From the IMG/VR virus record IMGVR_UViG_3300032323_000817: DNA of 64,000 bases; one strand, given 5' to 3'. How positions within the stretch are numbered: the first letter of the stretch is position 1; each line of letters starts with the position of its first letter. Positions 34,044-46,000 of the stretch are shown here, piece by piece. The translations under genes were made by a program, and so were the position numbers. This DNA comes from an uncultured virus (IMG/VR IMGVR_UViG_3300032323_000817). Its lineage: Duplodnaviria; Heunggongvirae; Uroviricota; Caudoviricetes. Under the pieces are notes generated by a model, which saw nothing but the letters and a program-made list of their open reading frames with translations, was not told the DNA's origin and did no database searches.

Positions 34044-37000
34044 ATGCCATTTAATCCTCTAAGAAACGAGATTGATAAAATACATCTTCAGAATACTGGT
34101 AAAACCTCAGAGCAAATCCATTCTGATCTTTTAAAAGTAGACCAAGAAATAGCTAACATTAATGCTATATCAGGTCCCAGTATTAATGTGCAGAAAGAGA
34201 GTGAGTCTTTACAGAGTAATGTAAAGTCTTTATTAGAGGGTAATATCTTAAAAAACTTTAGCACCTTAACTCAAGCAGGTTCAAAGTTTGGAATTGAATT
34301 TCCTAAACTAGAACTAGATGAAGAGACAAACAAGAACATAGATAATGCTAGTAAAGCATTAACTAGGTCGTTAAGAGAAGGTAGTCTAGACGAAAGTCAA
34401 AAAGCTTTAGCTGAACTTAAAACTAGATACAATGATGCTGCAGATTCTAGTATGGGTTCAGCACAAAAAGAAAAACTTAGAAAGTCTTATGCTGATATAG
34501 TAGATAAGGTAAACCAAGCTAATACTATTAAGATAAGTCAGGATAACTTAGATGGCTATTATAATGAAATTCCTTTAGAGCAGAGAGAGGCAGCATTACA
34601 AAGCTTTAATCCTAACCAAAGACTAAGTCTTGCACTTAAACCTTCTCAGACTACTAATGCAGATATTATAAATAAACTTGCAGACTTTGAGTCTAACAGA
34701 GTAGGTTCTAGAATCTATAACACAGAAGATCTTAATGTATTTAAGTCTACTTATGTTAAGACAGACGATGATTTGTATGCTGGTATGGAGATGCAGTATA
34801 ACTACGCAATGAAAAATGCCGTAGATCAAAAGATTGCTTCATACCAAGAACAGATCGCTACATTAGATCAACAGATTAAATCGAGTGTAGATCCTAGAGC
34901 CAAAGAAGCATTTGCTTTTCAGAAAGCTACCTTAAAGAAAGAACTAGACTACTCTAATAAGCTTTCTCAAAAACTTACTCCTTACACTTCTGAGGACACC
35001 TACCTTAAAAACTTTTATCCAGAACAGTACACTCGAAAAAAGGAAAGAGAGAAACAAGAAGTATATCGTAATGAGATGTTGGCTGAAGGAGATAAAGGAT
35101 CTCTAGGAGAAACTATATATAGAACAGGTCAACAAACTAAGTCTAATTTTCTTAAGCAGGTAGCAGGATTAGGTTACTTGGCAGGAGCAGAGGAACTAGG
35201 ATATAGAATTAAGTCAGGAGCAGGGTATGCAGCTCCACCAACTTTCTTTGTAGGTAAAGATCTAAACAAGAACAATAAAATTGATGACTCTGAAATTACT
35301 CGTGACATCCACGGTAACAAAGTAACTATGAGTCAAGTAAGTTGGACAGATAAGAATGGTAATACAACTTGGAATCTTTGGGCTCCAGTAGAACAGGTAG
35401 TTCCTATTGCTACAGACGTAGCTATGACTATTGCTTTGTCTAAGGGCGCAGGTGCAATTGGTAGAGGAATAGGACTAGGCTATGGAAGACTTGCAGCAAC
35501 TGCTGGATTAAGCGAGGCAAATACAGCTTCTTTCCTGAAGAACGTAGCTCCTAGAATCTCTACTCTTGGAACTGTAACAGCTACCACCTTTCCTAGATTC
35601 TACGCAGAGGAACGTGCTAACTTTAAAGATGGAGATACTGCCTTTAAGGTAGCAACTATGAGAGCAGTAGTTGAAGGTTTGACTGAGACTATTATTCCAG
35701 ATACAGAACTGTTTAGCGGAAAGATTGCTTACGGTTTACTTGATCCTGTATTCTCAAAACTAGGTAAACTAGATCCAACAGCTTTAGGACAACTTACAAT
35801 TAAGAGAGATGCACTTCTAGGATTATTGCCTAAAGGAGCATTGAGTGCTAAAGATGCAGCATTACTTATGGCTCCTGCTTCTATAAGAAGAACTTTAAGT
35901 GGTGCATCACAAGAATCAATTGAAGAACTTTTCTCACTTGTAGGAAACTACTTTGTAGATAAGTACGCTTCTTCTCAGAACTTTGAGGTAGAAGAGACTA
36001 ACAAATTAAGTAGTGAGTCTTTCTTGGATACATTCGTAGAAGGATTTATCCCTTCTTTGTTTATCTCAGGAGGATCTAACTTGTTGTCTAAAGAAGCCTT
36101 ACGTCAAGAACGCTTAAATCAAGCACGTTGGAACATTGCAAACAACCCAGAAAAGTATAAGCAAGTTATTGCTAATCAAGTACAACAGGGTAAACTGACC
36201 AAAGAAGAAGGCCTAAAGAGAACAGCAGCTGTAGATAATCTAGGTAGAAGACTAGAATCTATGACTGAGATTAATCATATCAAGAGTCTTACTAATTTAT
36301 TAGATGATAAAGAAAAGCAGTATAACTACTTCTCTAATGTATTATTCCAAGAAGACCTGTTAACTGTAGATACTACGGAACTTAGTGAGGATCAGTTAAA
36401 GGAATACCAAGACTCGTTGGATAGAACTAGTAAAGAGGTTTTGACAACTAAGTCCCTTACTGATAAGTATGCAGGATTAGAGGAGTCAGATAAGAGAGAA
36501 ATTATAAGTAAGCTGTTTAATAGCCAAGCTAAGGCAGCAGAAAGTACAGATACTAGTATGGAGTCTTTGTTAGGTATTGCAACTGAAACTAGACAGTCGT
36601 TATTAAGTCTTCCTGTATCTGATCCTAGATATGAATTCGTAGCTGCAGAATACAAGAAGTTTCAAGATAGAGTAGATTCTAGTTTGTCAACAAGGATTCA
36701 AAACTTTACACAAGTATTAGAAAACAATCCTGAACAATTAACTTCATTAGAACTTGCAGTTGCTTTAAATACTTATTTGCCTGCAATAGAAAGATTAAAT
36801 GCTACAACAGCAGAAACTCCTTCCATCCCTACTCCACTAGCAGAAAATCTTCAGCCTCTTCCACAGAATGCGCCTGAGTTGATTCAAGCTGTGAGAGACG
36901 AACTTCTTACTAGAGAAGTTCTTAACGAAGAAGACTTCTTAAGAGAAGTTAATAGAAACCTACAAAACCCAGAGACTAAGTCTATTCAGGGGTATCAGAT

Positions 37001-40000
37001 TGCTATAGCAGAACTTTCTCCAGAAGAACTTACTTCAGGAAAATTAAACGAAGAAGAACATAGTCACTTATCGGCTGCTCAAAGACTCATTCTTGCAACT
37101 AGACTTGAAGATCATGTAGAGGAAAAGAAAGCTAATCCAGAACAACCTACTTTCCTTGAAGAAAATAGAGGTAAAGTATTAGATGCACTTTACAATAATT
37201 TAGTAGGAGAACAAGACGAACAGACAAAGAGAAACTCTATTATAGATTTAAATAAAAGAGCAATTGAATCTGCTCCTGAAACTCCTGTAGTAAATAACTT
37301 TAGTCCTCAAGCACAAGAGGCACCTACTCCTAGTCAAAAACCTATTCCTGGGAAAGTACTAGATGTAGACCAAGATATATTTGATGAGTACGCTTTGCTT
37401 TTGTCTGACCTTAATGATCTAGTATCTAATCCAGATGCAGACATTGATGAGGTTAAAGGACAAGTATCTGAGTTGATTAAGGGTGCTCTTAGAAATCTAG
37501 ACAATCTACAGAATTTAAACCAAGTTAGAAGTGCTCTCTTAGGTCTTTATCCTGATGATGCCCAAAGTATCGAAGATACATTTGCAAAAGCATCTGAAGG
37601 TATTGTTGACGTAAGCGGACTTACTTTTGTCACAGGTAAGAGAAAAGAATTTGTACAGGGAGTAATTGCTAAGTTAGTTTCTCAGAATCAAGTATCGCAA
37701 ACAGCTACTTCAGCAGACGTAGTAACTGTACCTGCAACAGAAGAGGTAATAGAAGAGGCACCTGAGTTAATTTCAGATAGCGTAGTTGAGTCAGATAATT
37801 ACGAGTCTGCTCAAGAAACTAAAGCTAAAGAGGATAAAGAATCTACTATCAAGGGAGAACGTGGCTTACATATAGCTACAATCACCACTAATAGAGATAA
37901 TCAGACTACCCAAGATCCTGCAGTTCAGTTAATAGATAACATAGTAACTGTTTACTCTGAAAATACTCGTTCAAACAAAACAACAGATTTGGATCTTCGT
38001 ATACAATCTGTAATGGGTATCTATGAATTTATCTTTGATGCTCCCAAGGTAGAAAGACTTAAAGCATTTAAAGAAAAATCTTCTTTAACCGAAGAGGAAA
38101 AGACTGAGTTGGTTTCTCTGTTAACTGTTAACGGAGTACCTATTCACAATCAACCTTTCATGGATTACGTTAAAGAAAATCCTTCAAAGATTGGTTCTGG
38201 TATCTCTAGTGTATTTGTTAATTCAAACGGAGAGTTAGTTAGGTTTACTAAGTTAGGTAAGCCATCTAAGGCTAAGACTTCTTTAATTTCTGTTCCTGTT
38301 CTTCCTAATAAGAACGTAAGTCCAGAGATGGCTTCTGTACGCAAGCAAGCAACAGAAGGTAAAATTATAGTATCATCTATAAACGGAGTAGTATCTGGAT
38401 ATGGTTGGGGTGCTCAAAATGCTCGTCCTCTAGAAAAAGCTGTAGGAGAAACCATCTACGTGCACACAGATCCTATCTCTAGAACTCTTACAGGAGCACA
38501 AAAGAATTATGTGTTAAATCCTGGAAGTGTGCACATCGTAAAAGATGGAGCACGTAACCCTTACACAGGTGTTAGTATTCCTACTAATGGTAATACTGTA
38601 CAAGCTCTTGTAAATGCGTTTAACGATGGTACTTTACCTCAGACCCTAAGCGAGTCTATCAGAACAGATGCTGCTACCTTCCTAGATTACATGAGTCAGC
38701 AGGTTAACTCTACTTTTGTAAAAACTAAAGAGGGTGGTGCTAAGAGTGGTATGCGTTTCTTTAAGAAAGCTAACCTTTATCTTACTGCAACTTCTGGAAA
38801 TAAAATAGTTGTTGAGTATCCAGTAGAAGGTAAGGACAAAAAGAAATATATCAAGCCTTCTAAAAACCAACAAGAAGACTTGCTTAAGATAGGAGCGTCT
38901 TCTTACAAGTTAGTTAGTGCTAGATTAGTAGAACAGAATGCTCCTTACACAGCATTAGTTGTTAAAGAGTCAGGAGAAGTAGTTACCAAAAACTACAACA
39001 CATACTCAGACTTTGTTAAGAGCCCTGAGTTCGGTGCTACTTTTATTAGAGAAGAAAACAGAACCTTATCATTTAGTCCAGACTACAGAGTCATTGAACC
39101 TAATGTATCTGATGTAGTTGATGCTACTAACGATAATCTTCCTGTTCAACCTGCTCCTACACAACCTATAGATGATAAAGCTGATCTAGTAAAAGACTAT
39201 GTAAGAGAAGTCTTTACTCAGGCTCGTAAGTCTGGTAGATCAGGTTATATGAAAAGAGTTAGAGAAAAACTAACTCAAGTTACAGACCCCACTCTTAGTG
39301 TCGGTAAAAAATATGCAAGAGTTGAAGTTGATGAAGAGGGAAATGTAGATAGGGTTGGAATAGTTACGGGTACAGGAAAATCCTTCGAATACACATTCAT
39401 ATCAGGATATACTGGTTCAGGTAACACAAAATCTAGCGCAAAAAACTTTCCTACATTTATAGATGAAAGTGGTAAAGAATCGGGGAAGATGTCTCCAGAA
39501 AGACTTGGTTACTTTTTTGAAATACCTACAATAGAACAACCTGCAATCCAATCTACAACTTCTAAGCTTGATCGTTTACGTAATAAGTTAAACAATCTTA
39601 ATACGGGTGAAGATCGTGTAGAATTTAACAGGAGCAAGACCTTAAGAAATAACATTACCAAGAAACAAAATGAAGCTGCTAAGAACTGGGTAGCTAATCA
39701 TCCTATCTTCAAGAACACTCCTTTTATCTTTGATAACACTATCAATCATCCTGAAGCTTATGCTGTATGGTCTAAGGCAGGTATTTTCTTGTTTGAAGGA
39801 GCTAACTATGCAGAAGCTTACCATGAAGCATGGCATGAATTCTCTCAGTTATATTTAACTCCTGAGCAGAAAGCAGCTTTGTATGCAGAAGCAAGAAGCA
39901 TCTATGGAGATTTGTCTTTTGTAGAACTAGAAGAAAAACTTGCAGAAGACTTTAGAGCTTATTCTTTAAGTGAAGGTAAGGTTCTTCCAGTATCTATTGC

Positions 40001-43000
40001 AGAAGCTAAAGAATCTAAATCCATCTTTAAACAAATCTGGGACTTTATTTCTAATTTGTTCTCTGATAAGAAGACAGTTGATCATTACTTCTCTCGCTTG
40101 TATAAAGGCAACTTGACTCAATTCAAACGTAAAGAAGCTAATCAATACTTTATTCAATTGTTCTCTGGCAAATACGTATACGAGGATGAGTCAGGAAACA
40201 TAACTTCTTTGTCTTACAAAGACTCTAAGGCTTTCTTGGATGACCTAGATAGTATTTATGTTTACTTGGCTAATAACATGTTTGCTAATCAAAATGCTAC
40301 GCTTATCAACGTACTTTCTAGTCCAGTAGCAGCAAACAAAACTTACAGTTACTTAGCTAAGAGTCTACTAGATGATCATGACTCTTTAGTAGAGCAGTAT
40401 AATAAAAACAACGATGAGTCACTTCTTCCTACTATCGAGAACTTAAGAAAGATTCTAGAAGACTTTGATAACGTTGCACAGTTTCATAAAACTAACTCTA
40501 GCTTATTTAGTGACAACATTAGAAAGCAGTTGGTTTCTGAACAGATTGTTTCTATAGAACAAGCTAACGTAGAGTTTGCTACTTTTGAGGCTAGCGTGAA
40601 TGAAATGTCTCAGAAGCAGATTGCTTCACAGACTTTAATTAATGCTCTTAAAACGCTTCCTAGATACGAAAACGGGGAGATTGTATTACATCCTGTGTAT
40701 AGTGTACCTAAACTTAGTAACTTTAATACAAACTGGAACATCCTACAACGTAGGTTGTCAGGCAGTAACTCTTACCAAGATCTTTATTCTAGATTACAAG
40801 GAGTAGTAGAAGAGTATCCTCAGTTCCAACAATTTATAAGTTATCTTCCTTCCCCTACCGAGAGCATTGATAAGGGCAGTTCGCTTAACTTTAAGAATGA
40901 GTTCTACAAAATCTTTAGTATGCCCTACATCGAAGGATACACTACAGACATTAAGAGAAACGAAGAAGGAGAAATTGTTGAAGCAAAAGTATTCCAAGCA
41001 CAATCCTTGGATGCTATTAACCTACGTAACAAGTTTGACACAGACTTCTCTTTAAGTCCTGGTGCTTACTCTAAGAGAAATAACACTACAGGTACTTTCT
41101 ACCTAGATACAGATAAGTACTTTGCTACCTTCCCAGGTGTTCCTACTGCTCCAAAAGATGAAGAGGAGTTTGCTGAGTATAACTTAAGTCTTTTGGAAAT
41201 GTTGAAGCCTTTAGGTTTCAATCTAAGTCCTAATGCAGAAGAGTTATTCGTTAAGGAGAATGCTGAGATACAAGAAAGAGTAGTTAACTTAATCTATAAT
41301 AAACTTAAGTCTTTGTCTCAGACTCAGGCTTACATTATGGAGCCATTGAGTGATCTTTCTTCCGATCACGTAAATGCAGAAGGTGTTAAGGTAGCAGGAG
41401 AAAGTGGTAATGTAAGTTCTGTTATTCAATATGAAGTAGAAGCTAATCCTCAGTATGTAAATGATATGAGATACAATGCTGTTAACAAACAGATTTGGTC
41501 TATCAATCAACATACATTTATGAGTAAGACTTTGAATGTCTTGAATGACGGTAAATTGTATCCTACACTTGATGAAGTTTATGCTGAGTTACCTCACTTA
41601 AATCCTCAGAACAACCCTAACGCTAAGTCTTCTTTTGTTTTATCTTACTTGTTTAACGAATCAGGTAAAAGAAGAACAGACAAATACCAAGGCATTGAAG
41701 TACCTCGTAAAGTAGAGTTGGGTAACTTACTTGGTATCAAAGATATCGAAGGTGAGAAGACTATCGACTCTAACGAAGCACAAAAACACTACTCAGATAT
41801 TATCGGATTAACCAAGGCAGGAATCGAAGAGATTAACCGCTTAAGTGGTAAGTCTACTACAAGAGGTCTAGTATTTGATAGGAAGCTTAGAAACTACTTA
41901 GGATTGTTGCCAGCTAATAACCAAGCTGATCCATTTATATTGAGTGGTGCTAACCAAGTTCCTTACGATTTATTTGTAAGTAGAATTGTGCCTTTGATTG
42001 AAGCTGAGGTTCAGGTTACTGCTAAAGGTTCTGATAAGTTTAAGATTAATGCTTACGATACTGATGGAAGTCCAAAGCTTACTTACTTCCACAAGATCTT
42101 TACTCCAGAACAAAGAACTGCTTTATTTAGTGCATTCAAGAGTCCTGCATCCAATATGTCTTTAGAAGATGTATTTGAGTCTATTAATGGAAACAGAGAT
42201 ATCTATACTAGATTTGGACAGTACATTAATTCTCAGGCTAACAAATCTAAAATTATATTAGGTGAGGCTTATAATCTACCTGATTCAGAACTTATGAAGT
42301 ATCACTTCTTTTCTGCTGTTGGAAGAATAGAACAACATAAACTCTTCTTTGGTCATCCTTACTATTACAAGAATCCTAAGGATATTGAGAAGCGTCTGAG
42401 TGCATGGAATGCATTTGGTTCTTATGCTAATATTGACCCACAGAACATGGAGTACTTGGAGTCAGGTCAATCTGGCCTAAGTGTTAACTCTGGAAGAGAT
42501 GCACTTCACACCTACGCTCAGCAGAATAACATTAAAGTAAATCCAAATAGAGCTAAGATTGATCAGATATCTTACATAGTTCTTAAGGACGAAGCTGTTA
42601 AATCTACTACTGCTTCTAAGAGTAAGTCATACGGAGAAAGTAAAGACGCTTACACAAACGATAAAGGTTCTGCTAAGCAAGATGCTGCAGCTTTCTGTAC
42701 TATAGATTTCTTCCGTAAGTTTTATTCTATTTCTACTGGAGTAACTCCAGAGATGATGGAAGAGTTTAAGAGACAGGACAACATCTATAAAAAGTACCTA
42801 GAGTTACAGACTGCTCCTGATTATGCAGAAGACACTATCAGAGAAGAGTTGGATGCTTTACTTAATAAGAAAGCTACCTATAACTTTACTATTAAGAAAC
42901 TTCAATACTCTGGACACAATAAAGTAGAAAGTGGGGAGTCAGTACCTGTATTCCACAAGTACTCTATGAAGCCTATCTTACCTTCCGAGATGGTAGATAA

Positions 43001-46000
43001 TCCAGAACTCGCTTCTATCCTACAAAAATTACATGCCTCTTCTGCAGACTACGCAGTATTTACTTCAGGTACTAAGATTTCTGAGACAGTAGCTCCAGTA
43101 AGTTTGTTTGATAGTAAAGGTAAAGTTAAGTTACAAGCTGTTCCTACAGGAGTAGTAGATCTTAAGTATCTTAAAGAACAAGTATTGATTGAGAACAAAG
43201 AAGACTTTAACAGTATCTTTAGTACTCAGTTCCGTAAACTTGTCTACAAAGACGCTACTACAGAGTCTGAACTGGCTGCATACCAAGAGTATAAGTCAAT
43301 CATTGAAAATCTTACTAACTTCGATAAACTTAACTTTGTAGAGCAATTACAAGATAAAGAGAAGTTAGTTGAATTCTTAATAAAAGAAATCTCTAAGAAG
43401 AATGCAGCTGAGTCTACAAAAGACTTACTACAGTTGAAGACTGATAACACTCTTATGTACACCCTAGATAGTATGATTGATCGTACTATTATGGAGAGTG
43501 CAATTGTTGCTAGTGTTAAGAATCAAATCATACGTCAGAAAGTTCCTGGAGCACAACGAGTACAGTATCCTGTATCTTTGATTCGTCCAAACAGAAAACT
43601 TGCTTACTATGATATTAAGTCATCTGCAGATGGAAGTATAATTAGAAAAGCAGAAACTATCGTTTCTTTCTCTAAAGGTTACTACCCTTTGTTGAATCTT
43701 TTGTCTCCTGTAGACAATCAGCCTATTGGAGAACTTGACGCAAATGGTATTCCTGTAAATCCTTACACAGCTCTTACAAGGCTTAACGAAGCACTCAAGG
43801 ACTCTCAGTTTAGAAATACTTATGCTTCTCAGTTGTCTATGGTTGCTATTCGTATTCCTGGTCAGGGATATAACTCTATGGAAAACTTTGAGGTAGTAGA
43901 GTTCTTACCTGAAGAAAGTGGGGAGATTATCTTGGTTCCTGATGAAATGGTAATTAAGTCTGGATCAGATTACGATATTGATAAACTGTTCTGTTACGAT
44001 CCTTCTATCAATAATGATGGAAGCATGCTAGTAGACAGAGTAAGTACTCCAGAAGACTTAATAGTTAGAAAGAAAGAGTTGCTTGCTGACCTAAAAGAAA
44101 CTAGAGAGCTTAAGAGACAATACACTGAAGAGAAAAAAGAACTTCTAGATGAGTTGGGAAATATCCTTACTACTAATGGTTTTGATGCTAGCAGTCGCTT
44201 AGGTAATCTTTACCAAGAACTTAAGTCTCTTAAAGGAGTATCAGAAGGAGAGTTGATGGATGCAGGTGTAACAGAAGGTGACTTGGAAACACTTCGTAAG
44301 AAATTCTCTGGAGAACTTGTTCCTGAAAAACAACAAAAGTCTGCAGAGACTATTGATAAGATTAGAAGAATCAAGAACGTTCTACGTACTGCTTCTGAAA
44401 AAGAACTGTCTAGTAGCTTAGCAGACTTAAGTGAGTGGATTGGTGATCTAGTAAAAGACGAAAAATCTTTGTTGCAAGACCTTAAGAATCTTAGAAACGG
44501 CTACACTAACGCTTTGCTTTTGAATATCTCTAATCGTTTAAGTCAACCAGAGATCTTTGAAGCTTTGATTACTCCTAACACTATTGAAACAATTGACAAA
44601 GCAGTTAAAGAATTCGGAACTAGTTCAGATTCTACTACTGCAAGTCTTACTAACTTAATTAATCCTATTTATCAGTTGTATGTATTCTCTTTGAATACTT
44701 ATAAGACTGCTTTGGGTACTGACGCTAAGAATAACGTATTCCATTCTTTGCTTCAGAAGACTACTTTCTATAGGGAAGATAAGCAAGGAGTTAGAAGATA
44801 CTTGTTAGAGTCTAATCGTACTGCTGACGGATACATTGACTTTAGTAGAGTTAACAACGTAGATGGTACACGTATCTCTAGAATGTCTGGAGAGACAATT
44901 AGTGCACACGTAGATATTGAAAAGAATGATGGTATTGCTTTGATTGGTCTGAACAACTTGATTACTCCTGTAGTAAACTATGTTTTGATGGCTGGTACAA
45001 GATTCAATGACATTGTAAACTTAATAAATAAGCCTACTGTAATTGATGGTAAGAAGTTCCGTTCTTCTATTCTAGATTACTCTAAGGGTAAGTCACTCGA
45101 AGATATTCTTAAAACTATATTGGAAAGAGTTCCTGAAAATAGTTTAGAGGCTACTTTAATTAATAACTCTAAGAATGACTACGGTACAATTATTCGTAGC
45201 AAGTTTATCTCTAACGTATACACACAAATGTATGCTAAAACAACCCAAGAAACAGCTCGTGAAGAGTTGTTGAGTAGAGAAGAACCTTTGTTTGATGTTA
45301 GACGTTTGGCTGTATTCTTGGAGTTGGAAGACCAGACAAGAGACCTAGCTACAATTTCTTTAGCTGTAGACTACGATACATTCTCACCACAAAACTTTGA
45401 ATCTTTCCGTTCTGCTTCTTTGGAACTTATCCCTTACTTGAAAGAGGGTGGAGAGAAGAGTACTATATTTAACAAACAAGGTTTGCTAGATGTAATAGGA
45501 AATACTGTAGTGTCTCCTTTCCAGGTACAACAGGATGTATTGGATAAGTTTGTTGAGGTATTCCCTATCTCTGCTAACCCAAAGATTACAAACAAAATTT
45601 TAAGACAGTTTGCTATTGCTAAAGAAACTAATCGTAAACTTGACTATGATCGTTTCTCTAGAGTGTTTAAGAATGACTTGTTGTATGCTTTGTTCTTGAA
45701 TAACGTGCCTCAAGCAGGTATCTTTGAACAGTTCTTGGATAAGAAGAACCCTGGAAACATAGGTTCTTTGTATACAAACCTCAAAGCTAGACTTACTCAA
45801 AGAGGAATCACCGCTGAGAATGATATCTTTGGATTGGTAGCTATTAACTCTGATATCAATTCTACATTTATAAGAACGGGATTAAAACAGACCGAGCTAG
45901 AGTTCTCTGTAGATATCTACAAAGAAGAGTTTGAAAAAGGCTTTAACTGGTCTCACCCTTCTCTAGATCCTACTAATGCATCTGATGCAGAGTTGATAGC

